From a virus: 64,000 bases of DNA. The stretch is from positions 7,717-71,716 of the IMG/VR virus record IMGVR_UViG_3300036715_000363. One strand, written 5' to 3'. Shown one piece after another: positions 1-9,386 of the stretch. Under the pieces are notes generated by a model. It was given only the letters and a program-made list of their open reading frames with translations. It had not been told where the DNA came from and searched no databases. Both the position numbers and the translations under genes were made by a program. How positions within the stretch are numbered: position 1 is the first letter of the stretch; each line of letters opens with the position of its first letter.

Positions 1-379
1 TTATTTTTTCAGTTAATGGTAATTCTGGTAATACTTTAACCTTTGGTAAATTTTGATACCGAATGTCTTTAACTAAAGGTGTAATTGGTAATGATTCTAC
101 TAATAGTAAATCAACATACTCTATTTTTTTAACTAGTGGTGTTTTTGGTAATACTTTAACTAATGGTAAACCAAAATATACTATTTTTTCAACCAAAGGA
201 GTTTCTGGTAATGATTCTATCAACGGTAAATTAATATACCATACTCTTTCAGCTAATGGTGATTCTGGTAATGATTCTACTAAAGGTAAATTATAATACT
301 CTATTGTTTTAGCTATAGCTGCAGCAGCTATAGCCTCATCATTAAATTCACTATATTCTATATCATCAATTTTAATCAT
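1..379 (-). CDS. 22-aa leucine-rich-repeat protein, paralogue 1 (runs off the window's left edge; not in ORF track)
   Basis: ATG at 379 with AAGGAG SD; starts MIKIDDIEYSEFNDEAIAAAAIAK then LPxxPLxxKIxYxxLP repeats like 18316..18786 and 33877..34470; frame open to position 1. Confidence 0.85.
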   Translation of the reverse strand, partial: MIKIDDIEYSEFNDEAIAAAAIAKTIEYYNLPLVESLPESPLAERVWYINLPLIESLPETPLVEKIVYFGLPLVKVLPKTPLVKKIEYVDLLLVESLPITPLVKDIRYQNLPKVKVLPELPLTEKI

Positions 380-416
380 TTTATTTCTCCTTTAAAAGTG
401 TGGGTGTTTAGTACAA

Positions 417-1043
417 TTAGATTTTATATAAATCAATATGTGTTTTAAATATTTCTATTACTTTATCTGTTACTTCTTGTAGTTCTTTATTAGCATCTAC
501 TTTTATTATATTTGAGATATTATATTTAATAGCGTCTCGATAACCATTAATAATAGCTATTTTAAAATTATCTCCAGAGCTATCAAAATTATCTAAAGCA
601 ATATTACGGGCTTTCATTCGTTCTTTTGAAGTAGATAAATCTACATCTAATAAAATATCAAATGTAGTTTTAAGTATTTTTGTATTGGTATATAAAATCT
701 TAGCCAATTCGTTATTTCTACCAACTACTTGATACGCATTAAAAGATAAAATATATCTATCTATTAAAATAAAATCAACAGTGCTTTGTTTCATATAGTC
801 ACTTAATGCCGATACTGATCCCATCATAGCTAATACCTCTGTATTACCAGAGACATAGTTACTAGAGTCTAATACTAGTTCACGTGTAGCTTTACCTAGA
901 ACTGTTGCACTAAATGGACTGACGACCTCTACAGTTAATCCTTGAGCTATTAAAAACTCTTTAACTGTATTAATCATAGTAGACTTACCACTACCATCTA
1001 TTCCTTCAAATGAAACAATGAGTTGTTCTTTAAGCTTGACCAT
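417..1043 (-). CDS. tmk: thymidylate (dTMP) kinase
   Basis: P-loop FEGIDGSGKST, DRY motif, YQ, DAN C-terminal motif. Confidence 0.92.
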   Translation of the reverse strand: MVKLKEQLIVSFEGIDGSGKSTMINTVKEFLIAQGLTVEVVSPFSATVLGKATRELVLDSSNYVSGNTEVLAMMGSVSALSDYMKQSTVDFILIDRYILSFNAYQVVGRNNELAKILYTNTKILKTTFDILLDVDLSTSKERMKARNIALDNFDSSGDNFKIAIINGYRDAIKYNISNIIKVDANKELQEVTDKVIEIFKTHIDLYKI

Positions 1044-1222
1044 ATTTTTTTAAATAACCTTTTTAAATGTCGTAAAGTAACTGATACATTAATAATAATA
1101 GCTACCAGTAATGAAAGTATAAAAGCAAATAATAAAAAAAGTACTGGGCCTATCATTACTGATATATAGGCCACAGCACTTTTAAAGTATTCTGCTTTTT
1201 TTAAGCAAAATAATCTCATCAA
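998..1222 (-). CDS. small membrane protein
   Basis: ORF with one long hydrophobic segment, in operon direction. Confidence 0.4.
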   Translation of the reverse strand: MMRLFCLKKAEYFKSAVAYISVMIGPVLFLLFAFILSLLVAIIINVSVTLRHLKRLFKKIWSSLKNNSLFHLKE

Positions 1223-2014
1223 TTAACCTTTAGCTATTTTAGTAAAATTATCAATCACATCTTTAGATAAAATTAAGTGTTGTTTAGCTGTAGCTAAATT
1301 AAAAACATTATATCTACCAATAGAGTTAATGACAAATATAGACCCAGGTTTAATACGGTGTTCAGTGTCATTACTAACCACTACAGAAAACTGATTACCA
1401 CAGTTTAAAGTAATGTCAGCAACAGTTACTGTTGTATCAAATACACGGCCTGTAAATTTCACACTCTGTATCATATCGTAATATAATACATTTTCTTCTT
1501 TACCAGTAATAATATCTTCATTAAGCATGCCTAAAATATGTTTAGCAGGCGCCTTATAAACTTCATCGACTCGTGTAGAGTCAGGCGTCATCCCCCAAAT
1601 ATATACTTTACCTAAATTAAACTTATTTAACCTATCTATGTGTATATAATAATTATCCACTTCTTTATAAATTTGATCAATATCTTTGCAGATATTGGTC
1701 GTCTTTACATAGTTGTGAACCATTACAGTTTTTAATGGGTCTGGACTATCTTTACTAATATAAAATCTAACACGCTTAAATGTTTTAGTGAATTTTAAAG
1801 TCACCATATAAGCATCGCCAATATCAACTGTATTAATCAATATAGCGTTGCCAGTCTTTACTACACCGTAGAATGACAAGATGTTTTGTTCAATACTTAG
1901 TATTAAAGAGTGAATACGTTTTACGCCAGAGAATGCATCGTCGTAAATCTTTTCTGAACCAGTTAAATCTAGTTCGTCAGCATCTTCCGCAGTTTCTATA
2001 ATTTCAGTCATCAT
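1223..2014 (-). CDS. hypothetical protein
   Basis: 263-aa ORF with AGGA SD. Confidence 0.7.
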   Translation of the reverse strand: MMTEIIETAEDADELDLTGSEKIYDDAFSGVKRIHSLILSIEQNILSFYGVVKTGNAILINTVDIGDAYMVTLKFTKTFKRVRFYISKDSPDPLKTVMVHNYVKTTNICKDIDQIYKEVDNYYIHIDRLNKFNLGKVYIWGMTPDSTRVDEVYKAPAKHILGMLNEDIITGKEENVLYYDMIQSVKFTGRVFDTTVTVADITLNCGNQFSVVVSNDTEHRIKPGSIFVINSIGRYNVFNLATAKQHLILSKDVIDNFTKIAKG

Positions 2015-2040
2015 AATTTCCTTTTTTAATTAATTACTTT

Positions 2041-2346
2041 TTAAGTATCTGTGTTAGAAGGTACTTTTAAATTAGAGTACTCACTAGTGAGTATTGCTAA
2101 TTCATTTTCTGTAATTGGGGTTTTATCAAAATGAGTTTCACGTGTATATAGCTTAGATAAAAGCCTATCAGTAGCCTTCCTTGACTCCACTAAGTCAAAG
2201 TGATGTTGGTCACATGAAAGGTTTCTATTGCCACGAGAGACGCGGTAACTGCGTATATCGGCATTAATGGCTAGTAATCGTTTCTTAACAGCCACTCTTA
2301 AAACAGACAAGGCAGATAATAATTCCACTTTAGTCATAATTGGCAT
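2041..2346 (-). CDS. hypothetical protein
   Basis: 101-aa ORF with AGGA SD. Confidence 0.6.
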   Translation of the reverse strand: MPIMTKVELLSALSVLRVAVKKRLLAINADIRSYRVSRGNRNLSCDQHHFDLVESRKATDRLLSKLYTRETHFDKTPITENELAILTSEYSNLKVPSNTDT

Positions 2347-2568
2347 TTTTTAATTCCTTAAGGTTAATTTTTTTAACAGAACCTCTATTAAATTCATCTT
2401 CGTAACGATTTTTATTTTTTAACTTTACTTTATTTTTAGGCTTTCTATTATCTTCAGCAAAGTTCTCTTCAAAACGTTTTTTACTAGACATTTTTCATCC
2501 CATTTAAATTTAATATTTACTAACACATAATTATGTTAGGTTAATTAAAATAAATATCACATACACGT

Positions 2569-2599
2569 AAAAAAATACTCACCTAAGTAGGTGAGTATT
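2569..2599 (-). terminator. intrinsic terminator after tRNA
   Basis: stem aatactcacct/aggtgagtatt with A-run on plus strand (U-tract on minus). Confidence 0.7.
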
Positions 2600-2607
2600 A
2601 ATTTTAT

Positions 2608-2683
2608 TGGTCTCCGCAGAATGATTCGAACATTCAAATGCCATCTTAGAAGGATGGTGCCTAATCCATTCGGCCTTGCGGAG
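2608..2683 (-). tRNA. tRNA-Arg(UCU)
   Basis: CTCCGCA/TGCGGAG acceptor stem, anticodon arm CCATC-CTTCTAA-GATGG, T-arm GAATG-TTCGAAT-CATTC, encoded CCA; 76 nt. Confidence 0.93.
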
Positions 2684-2691
2684 CTTTTACT

Positions 2692-3585
2692 TTAAGCCAG
2701 CACAACCATATTACTAGGCTGCACTTTTTCACTGAGAAGATTGTTAAAGCTCTTTTCAGGTATTTTATCACCCGATACAACCGTACTAATAACAACACTA
2801 TTGATGATCTCATACATCACAATATTGCTGAATACATGCATTGCCATGTTCATAATCCAGGGCATGTCAATTTGTCTAGCATTAATTGTAAAAGCTTTTA
2901 CACTTATACCATCTAGCGTATAGTTGACACATGAATACTTGCTTTTTATTTCACGTTTCAAATATTTTAAATATTCTTTATAATTAATTTCTAAATCAGT
3001 ATTAAAAGAAAATTTATCTTTACCTTCAGCAGATAAAGAATCAATAGCTGGACAATTAATAAATTCAAAATCTTGCGGCGCGTATTCATCATTTAAAAAT
3101 GCACGTGCGCGCACATCGTTAGCAAATAATAGTGATTGATCTGCTATTGTTAAATCTAATCTACGGGTAGAAAACATAGATAACAAATGACTAAGACGAT
3201 TTAAAGTACGAACCTCAGTGCCTTCTAAAGCTTTCAAATACCCTTCTATTGCAGGTGGGTATAATTTTACAACTTGCTCTAGTAGACTAGACTCAGTTTT
3301 GATTTCGTCATATTCCGTCCCATCATTAATCTGACCAGCCATACAAACCGTTACTTCGTTATCATCCAGTTTCTTTTTTAAGTCTTTAGATAACTCAACA
3401 CCCAAAACTATATAGCGAAACATAACTGGGTATGTATAATTTACATCTGGATTAAAAGAAAGTGTTAAGAACTGTGTATTTTTACCAAGTACTTTTTTTA
3501 GATACGAGGCGGCGATAACTGAATCTAAATTACTATTATCGTAGATAACGCGCGTAACTAAAGATAATTTAACTTCTGCATTCAT
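2692..3585 (-). CDS. hypothetical protein, possible degenerate DHH-like N-terminus
   Basis: 297 aa; VIYDNSNLDSVIAA loosely resembles DHH motif 1; AGGAG SD; early-type promoter upstream. Confidence 0.55.
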   Translation of the reverse strand: MNAEVKLSLVTRVIYDNSNLDSVIAASYLKKVLGKNTQFLTLSFNPDVNYTYPVMFRYIVLGVELSKDLKKKLDDNEVTVCMAGQINDGTEYDEIKTESSLLEQVVKLYPPAIEGYLKALEGTEVRTLNRLSHLLSMFSTRRLDLTIADQSLLFANDVRARAFLNDEYAPQDFEFINCPAIDSLSAEGKDKFSFNTDLEINYKEYLKYLKREIKSKYSCVNYTLDGISVKAFTINARQIDMPWIMNMAMHVFSNIVMYEIINSVVISTVVSGDKIPEKSFNNLLSEKVQPSNMVVLA

Positions 3586-3643
3586 TATGAATCTCCTTTA
3601 AATATATTAAATATTAATACAAGAGTGTACTGATATCAATATA

Positions 3644-3651
3644 GTTATATA
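3644..3651 (-). promoter_or_regulatory. early-type phage promoter core TATATAAC
   Basis: one of 9 intergenic minus-strand copies; resembles phiKZ early promoter TATATTAC. Confidence 0.55.
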
Positions 3652-3670
3652 GCGCTGAAATTATCTAGAA

Positions 3671-4705
3671 TCATTTACTTATTACAATATCTTTTTTAGT
3701 AAAACTATATATATCTTTAATGTCTTTATTTAAAGATAATTTATATAAATAGTCGTGAGACATATTAGCGATATTAATAGTTACTGTATCGTCGACATTT
3801 ATATATGTCTTCCCTAAAGATATAATTAGATCACCAGGAACCATATCAACTACTTGCGCCACCATATTTAATAATAATGCAAACATAGCAACATCATACG
3901 GTAAATATAATAAAGCATTAGTCTCTAAGAAATCTACTTTTAAAGATAATACCCGTTTTCCATCTTTATAAGAATTAACAAAATAATGCTGCATAGTTTG
4001 TCTAGGTGATTCACCAGATTTACCTAATAAAATATTATCAATAGGACTTAATTCATTAAAAGGTATATTTTCTGGAATCCAGGATGTTATTACGTGACTA
4101 CTATCAAACTTACTATTATTTAATCCATATATTAAATTTTGTAATTGGTCTATTTTATTGTACGAAGAATGATGTTTAAATTCTTCATAGGTTATTTCAC
4201 TACCATCTTCTTTAGTAGCGCCGCTGCTTTGTAAGACTGTGTAATCTAAATCTATCTTTACTAACTTATCAGTAGCAATTCTATCATCGGTTAATACTGG
4301 CATATCTGGTAAAAATCTACTGAATGGTACATTTCTCCAAATAGATGGATAGGATGGTCCTGTGCTATTTAGTATAACTCTACTAATATCACTAATCATC
4401 TTTACTTTTATTTTATAAGCAACATCATTATTAACGTCGTCAGATATAAACTTTTTACGCTCAACTAAGTCTACTATATCCGTAGATTTGACAGAACTAT
4501 ACTTCTCACTAAAAGCCATCTCATCTTTTAAATAAGAATTACCTTTAATAAACCACAACAGTTCTTCAATTAAAGTATCTGTATTTATTAATTCTTTATT
4601 AAGTATTGGAAAGCCTTCTTCTAAATTAAAAGTAAGCATGTGTCCAAAAATACATAACTTACTAGATTCGTGTATCTTTCCTAATAATTTTAAATAATCT
4701 CTCAT
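3671..4705 (-). CDS. thymidylate synthase-like protein lacking catalytic motifs
   Basis: MRDYLKLL, FNLEEGFP, EELLWFIKG, IDQLQNLI, LYLPYDVA are TS-like; PCH replaced by PRQ and RSxD absent. Confidence 0.75.
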   Translation of the reverse strand: MRDYLKLLGKIHESSKLCIFGHMLTFNLEEGFPILNKELINTDTLIEELLWFIKGNSYLKDEMAFSEKYSSVKSTDIVDLVERKKFISDDVNNDVAYKIKVKMISDISRVILNSTGPSYPSIWRNVPFSRFLPDMPVLTDDRIATDKLVKIDLDYTVLQSSGATKEDGSEITYEEFKHHSSYNKIDQLQNLIYGLNNSKFDSSHVITSWIPENIPFNELSPIDNILLGKSGESPRQTMQHYFVNSYKDGKRVLSLKVDFLETNALLYLPYDVAMFALLLNMVAQVVDMVPGDLIISLGKTYINVDDTVTINIANMSHDYLYKLSLNKDIKDIYSFTKKDIVISK

Positions 4706-4708
4706 GTA

Positions 4709-4942
4709 CTATGTCTTTCGTTTTAATAAAATATATACTATATAAAAAGTAAATAATATATTTAATACAGGAATAGCTGATAAATCTTTACCACAGTTAA
4801 TAAAACTCAATGTAGGTAAATTATTTTCTTCATGTAAATTTAAGCAAGTATATAAAATAGCACTAAATAACATAAAGAAAAAATGTATAGAGCCAATCCC
4901 AGTAATTATAATTAATATATTTAAAATTTCATGAGTTGTCAT
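4709..4942 (-). CDS. small membrane protein
   Basis: two hydrophobic segments, 77 aa. Confidence 0.5.
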   Translation of the reverse strand: MTTHEILNILIIITGIGSIHFFFMLFSAILYTCLNLHEENNLPTLSFINCGKDLSAIPVLNILFTFYIVYILLKRKT

Positions 4943-5216
4943 TTTCTTTATCCTTTCTCTTTTTTAATTCAGCTTCAACTACGCTAAGTTTCCAAAAAGC
5001 TTTAGTAGAATTTTTTGACATCCTATCTACAACAAAATCAGGTTCTGGGAATTTACCAAGCGATACTAAGTTCCATAAGCTACTACCTCTAGTAAATCCA
5101 AATAAAGTTGCTATTTCTTTAGTAGACCTCATAGGTTCTCTAGGTTTAGTACTAATATTATCTCTAGGTGATGTGTTTAAACATGAATTAGTAGCAACTC
5201 TCTTCTTTATTATCAT
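4929..5216 (-). CDS. AlpA/excisionase-like HTH protein
   Basis: STKEIATLFG..SSLWNLVSLGKFPEP..W pattern. Confidence 0.6.
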   Translation of the reverse strand: MIIKKRVATNSCLNTSPRDNISTKPREPMRSTKEIATLFGFTRGSSLWNLVSLGKFPEPDFVVDRMSKNSTKAFWKLSVVEAELKKRKDKENDNS

Positions 5217-5287
5217 TTTAAAATTCTCAAATATAGTTATGTTAATAAGGTACCCATAACAATATTGTGCTTTGACTGATATAAATA

Positions 5288-5866
5288 TTAAACCTTAGCT
5301 AATTGAAGTGAATTTTGATTTTGATACTTGCCACCACGCTCATCATAAGTAACGTCACAAGGTACGTCAGCTTTAAAAAATAAGAATTGTGCTATACCCA
5401 TATTAGCGTGTATCTTCATGGGTAAAGGAGTTGAGTTAGCTATCTCAATTACAACATTACCTTTAAAACCTGGTTCAATAGGCGTCACATTAATAATAGC
5501 ACCACATCTAGCCAATGTAGATTTACCTACACACAGTACCATCACATCTCTAGGTATATTAAATACTTCTTTAGTTACACCTAGTATGTAACTGTTAGGC
5601 GGTATGATACAAAATTCACCTTTATGTGGAACCAAAGCATCTTCAGAAAATTCCAATGGATCAATCACGACACTGTTAATGTTGGTAAAGATTTTAAATT
5701 CATCTTGTAAGCTAACATCATAACCGTACGAACTTAAACCATATGACAATATACGTCTACCATCTATATCTTTATTTATAGATTCATCTGAAAATGGATG
5801 AATCATTGGTGAGGCATAAGTCAAATTACATCTTTGAGAAATTTCTATATCAGACATTATACTCAT
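5288..5866 (-). CDS. dcd: dCTP deaminase
   Basis: SYGLSSYGYD, GKSTLARCG, TPIEPGFKG, GKYQNQ. Confidence 0.95.
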   Translation of the reverse strand: MSIMSDIEISQRCNLTYASPMIHPFSDESINKDIDGRRILSYGLSSYGYDVSLQDEFKIFTNINSVVIDPLEFSEDALVPHKGEFCIIPPNSYILGVTKEVFNIPRDVMVLCVGKSTLARCGAIINVTPIEPGFKGNVVIEIANSTPLPMKIHANMGIAQFLFFKADVPCDVTYDERGGKYQNQNSLQLAKV

Positions 5867-6045
5867 TTTGTAATACCGTCTTTAATAATATTTTCCATAG
5901 CTTCAACCATACCTAACATCTGAACTACTTTATATTTATTTAAAGTCATATCTTCCTTGTTATTTAATCCTTCAAGCTCTACACGCATAGCTTTTAAATT
6001 AATTTGAACGCATGTAGTAGCTTGCTTATTATCACCTGTTATCAT
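5863..6045 (-). CDS. hypothetical protein
   Basis: 60-aa ORF coupled to neighbours. Confidence 0.5.
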   Translation of the reverse strand: MITGDNKQATTCVQINLKAMRVELEGLNNKEDMTLNKYKVVQMLGMVEAMENIIKDGITK

Positions 6046-6445
6046 TTTTATCTTCCTTATTTATTATTTCAATAATACTCATGTTTATAGGTATATTAAA
6101 ATCTTTTAATTTAATATAACCTTTAGCACCACCCATTATGCTATTTGTTAAGATAACAACTTCTATACCATTCTGCTGTAGGTAATCTATATTAATTAAA
6201 TTAAGTCTATTTAGTCTAGTAAGTAGAAGTCTTCTAATCAAAGTAAATAAATGGTATACATTAACATTATCTAACTCAGTAATTTTATTACTAGACTCAA
6301 AAGTTAACCACCACCCACTACACAATAATTGTAATAGACTTTTATCATATTCTGTATTTAATTCATTTAGTATCTCTAGTAAATATTCAACATTAACTTT
6401 ACCACCTAATGTTGGTTCAAAATGAATATTCTTAACTACTTTCAT
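6032..6445 (-). CDS. hypothetical protein
   Basis: 137-aa ORF in operon. Confidence 0.6.
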   Translation of the reverse strand: MKVVKNIHFEPTLGGKVNVEYLLEILNELNTEYDKSLLQLLCSGWWLTFESSNKITELDNVNVYHLFTLIRRLLLTRLNRLNLINIDYLQQNGIEVVILTNSIMGGAKGYIKLKDFNIPINMSIIEIINKEDKNDNR

Positions 6446-6454
6446 TATTAATCC

Positions 6455-6775
6455 TTAAAATAATTCATCAAATAAAATTTTATTTGTATCTAAGTAGTTT
6501 TTAATTGTTTCACCATGGCATCTATTAGGTGAACAAAAACAACCTAATCTTAAAATGCCTTCTTTCTTACCTACTTCATGTAATCTTTTTAATTCTTGAT
6601 AAAAAATACAATTAGCTTTTATATTTTCATAAAAGTATTTTTCATACATATCGCAAACAGTGTTTCTACTCATACCTGGTTTAATAGGGTAAGGATTTCC
6701 TAGTGGTGAACCTCTACCTATATATTGAGCAGTAGGATAATCATTTATCTTAACTATTACTATTTCATAAGACAT
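6455..6775 (-). CDS. DUF4326-like protein
   Basis: YIGRGSPLGNPY and LGCFCSPNRCHG motifs. Confidence 0.8.
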   Translation of the reverse strand: MSYEIVIVKINDYPTAQYIGRGSPLGNPYPIKPGMSRNTVCDMYEKYFYENIKANCIFYQELKRLHEVGKKEGILRLGCFCSPNRCHGETIKNYLDTNKILFDELF

Positions 6776-6785
6776 TATTACTCCT

Positions 6786-7979
6786 TTATTTTAATTGCTT
6801 TAATACATAAGTGGTGGCTGATTTAACTGGATTAATATCTTTATATTTAGATGCTAGTTCAGTTACATTGAGTTTATAAACTGGATCATTTATTAGGTTA
6901 TTTATAGCTTCTTTAATAACATCAACAGAAGATCTATTTTTAATACATATTCCAAATTTAGATGATTCAATGATATTAGATAACATTCGTTGTTCAGGAT
7001 GCGTCGGTATAGTTATTTGTACTTTACCTTGCAGTAAAGTCTTTTCTACAATACCGTGACTAGAGTGAGAAATGAGTATATAATCTTCATCTTTTAAATT
7101 ATCTATGTTTATTAATTTATCAGATATTTTAAAACTATCAGTACTATAAGTGCAAATAATATCTGAATCAATATTAGGAATAACACAAATCGCATCATAC
7201 TCTTCTAGAGCTACTTTAAGAACTATATTAAAATATTCTTTTTGTATATATACAAGTATTTTTTGTTTACCATTATTTGAAAAATTAATATTTGTATTGC
7301 TGATAGGTAGTACAGTATTAATAGAACCTATATATTCGCCATTAGTTCTAACTGAATAATGATCTAATTCTTTAATAGTGGTTAGTAAACTCTTACGATT
7401 AAATAAGTTAGAGATATTAGAAATTTCACTAGCATGTCTACTAGTTAAAACATAGTTAATAGATTTAATTAAAGCATTATCACAATATTCTAACTGTTTA
7501 ATATCTATATCTAAATCATGTCTAATACTAGGCATTGGATATACTAGTGGTGGTATTTCAAATCCTGTGCCAAATAAAACAATCTTTATGCGAGTAATAA
7601 AACTAACTAATATAGCTATTGGAGAATGATCGGCTATTATAATGTCTGGTTTTAATGATTCAGTTATATTACACCATCTATTAGTATATTTTAATAACTC
7701 TAGATTATTACCCCAACCAAGACTTAAAAGAATACAAGAATAGTTTAACTGTCTATTAAGATAAACGGTAGGTAAAGGTTCAGTTGGTCCTAATATAAAT
7801 TCAAATTTATTAGGAGTCAATAATTTAGCAGCAATATCTAATTTTTTATGATCCACTATAAAGGTTACATTATGTCCTTCATTTCTTAAAGAAATAGCTA
7901 AAGCTATATCCTTAACTAAGTGACCGTTATAATTACCTAGCTCCCAAACAAACACAATATTATTAGAAACATTATTCAT
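6786..7979 (-). CDS. GT-B fold glycosyltransferase (GT1/GT28-like)
   Basis: WELGNYNGHL, GHNVTF, KPDIIIAD, ISHSSHG..IPTHPEQ nucleotide-sugar-binding region. Confidence 0.85.
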   Translation of the reverse strand: MNNVSNNIVFVWELGNYNGHLVKDIALAISLRNEGHNVTFIVDHKKLDIAAKLLTPNKFEFILGPTEPLPTVYLNRQLNYSCILLSLGWGNNLELLKYTNRWCNITESLKPDIIIADHSPIAILVSFITRIKIVLFGTGFEIPPLVYPMPSIRHDLDIDIKQLEYCDNALIKSINYVLTSRHASEISNISNLFNRKSLLTTIKELDHYSVRTNGEYIGSINTVLPISNTNINFSNNGKQKILVYIQKEYFNIVLKVALEEYDAICVIPNIDSDIICTYSTDSFKISDKLINIDNLKDEDYILISHSSHGIVEKTLLQGKVQITIPTHPEQRMLSNIIESSKFGICIKNRSSVDVIKEAINNLINDPVYKLNVTELASKYKDINPVKSATTYVLKQLK

Positions 7980-8028
7980 TTAGTTATACTCCTTTTCATA
8001 TACTTACCACACCTAGTAAATATTTAAT

Positions 8029-8063
8029 AAAAAAATATACACTGGAATTATCCAGTGTATATT
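8029..8063 (-). terminator. intrinsic terminator
   Basis: aatatacactgga/tccagtgtatatt hairpin plus A-run. Confidence 0.7.
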
Positions 8064-8101
8064 AAAAGTATTTAATAATCACACATACTTTAAAATAAAA
8101 A

Positions 8102-8659
8102 TTACTGAGGATCTTTACTATAGAACTGTGAGCCACACATTTCTACTACTTCAATATCTTGCCATTGTATATTACCATTTAAAGATAAAAAAGCTTGTTG
8201 TAACTTAGTACTTGGAATAGCTGGATCAAATCCATTACCAGTAATTAACTTAACCATGCGAAGTCTCATCGTAGGCGTTAATGTAATCGCGGCAGCAATA
8301 TCCTCGGTAGTGTCTACATCTTCTTCATATTTAATATTATAAATATCCAGAATACCTTTATATATTTCAATATCAATATCACCATAAACATTTTTTAATT
8401 CAAGTAACATTTCATTTAATATATCTTCAATAACTTTTTTATCATCTTTTATTAATCCATCTAATAAATTATGCTTATTCATACTGTCGTCATTTACATG
8501 AAAACCATTTTTAGAAAGAATACTACAAACAAATATTATTATTGCGTCATTCACAATTTTAAATTCTTGTTTACCTGTGTGTGTTAGTAGATCAATAGTA
8601 ACTTTATGACTAATTTCTCTATACATGTAATCGCGGATATCTTTGACATTATTACTCAT
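8102..8659 (-). CDS. hypothetical protein
   Basis: 185-aa ORF with AGGA SD. Confidence 0.65.
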   Translation of the reverse strand: MSNNVKDIRDYMYREISHKVTIDLLTHTGKQEFKIVNDAIIIFVCSILSKNGFHVNDDSMNKHNLLDGLIKDDKKVIEDILNEMLLELKNVYGDIDIEIYKGILDIYNIKYEEDVDTTEDIAAAITLTPTMRLRMVKLITGNGFDPAIPSTKLQQAFLSLNGNIQWQDIEVVEMCGSQFYSKDPQ

Positions 8660-8677
8660 TTACTTTTCCTTTTAAAA

Positions 8678-9262
8678 TTAAACTTTTGTTAATATAAAAT
8701 TACTTCCATTTATTGAAAATTCTTTAATAAAACCATCAGGTATTTTTTCTTCAATAAGCTTATTAACAATTTCTTTAAAGAATATTGATATGTCCTTAGA
8801 TGGTGGTTTAGATATAGGTCCTAATGAAGCCATTAACATACCCAATCTAATTGCACTTAGGTTTTTAAATTCTATACCCACAGGTATGTCATTCCAAGTA
8901 AGTGTATCCTCAATCCTAACATAGACAGGTATTTCATCACCCATCTCTACTCTTTTACCAGAAGCATAACTAACAGAACTAACTGTAGATACTAAGTTAG
9001 TATTATAGTCAATTCTCTCTCTTTGTATTTCATCTAGTAATAATTGTTTATTTAAAATTATATATTTAAATAAGGTGTGTTTATCATTATAGTATTCTTT
9101 ATAATAAATACGTAAATATGATCTAAATATTCTCTTTGTTATAGCCTGTACTCTAGTAACAGTTAAACCATATTTTACAGATACGTCTTGATATGATTCA
9201 AACACTAAAACATCTTCAGCAATTGATAAATTACGTAATGTTTGTTTCTCTGGCGATGACAT
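8678..9262 (-). CDS. early protein with possible N-terminal HTH
   Basis: SYQDVSVKYGLTVTRVQAI resembles a sigma-region-4-type HTH; follows early promoter. Confidence 0.55.
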   Translation of the reverse strand: MSSPEKQTLRNLSIAEDVLVFESYQDVSVKYGLTVTRVQAITKRIFRSYLRIYYKEYYNDKHTLFKYIILNKQLLLDEIQRERIDYNTNLVSTVSSVSYASGKRVEMGDEIPVYVRIEDTLTWNDIPVGIEFKNLSAIRLGMLMASLGPISKPPSKDISIFFKEIVNKLIEEKIPDGFIKEFSINGSNFILTKV

Positions 9263-9320
9263 AATAAAACTCCTATAAAAATTAAAATGATTAATACATT
9301 AAAGTATTAGTTTCATAGTA

Positions 9321-9328
9321 GTTATATA
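9321..9328 (-). promoter_or_regulatory. early-type promoter core TATATAAC
   Basis: catagtagttatatatg on plus strand, identical 17-mer at 14909 and 15407. Confidence 0.7.
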
Positions 9329-9345
9329 TGTTTGATTATTTATTC

Positions 9346-9380
9346 AAAAAAAATAGAGACTGGAATTACCCAGTCTCTAT
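9346..9380 (-). terminator. intrinsic terminator after thyA
   Basis: atagagactgg/ccagtctctat hairpin with A8. Confidence 0.8.
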
Positions 9381-9386
9381 AATTTA

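Noticed and set aside
63-296. Plus-strand ORFs 63..296 and 18428..18805
   Set aside because: Antisense shadows of LRR repeat genes
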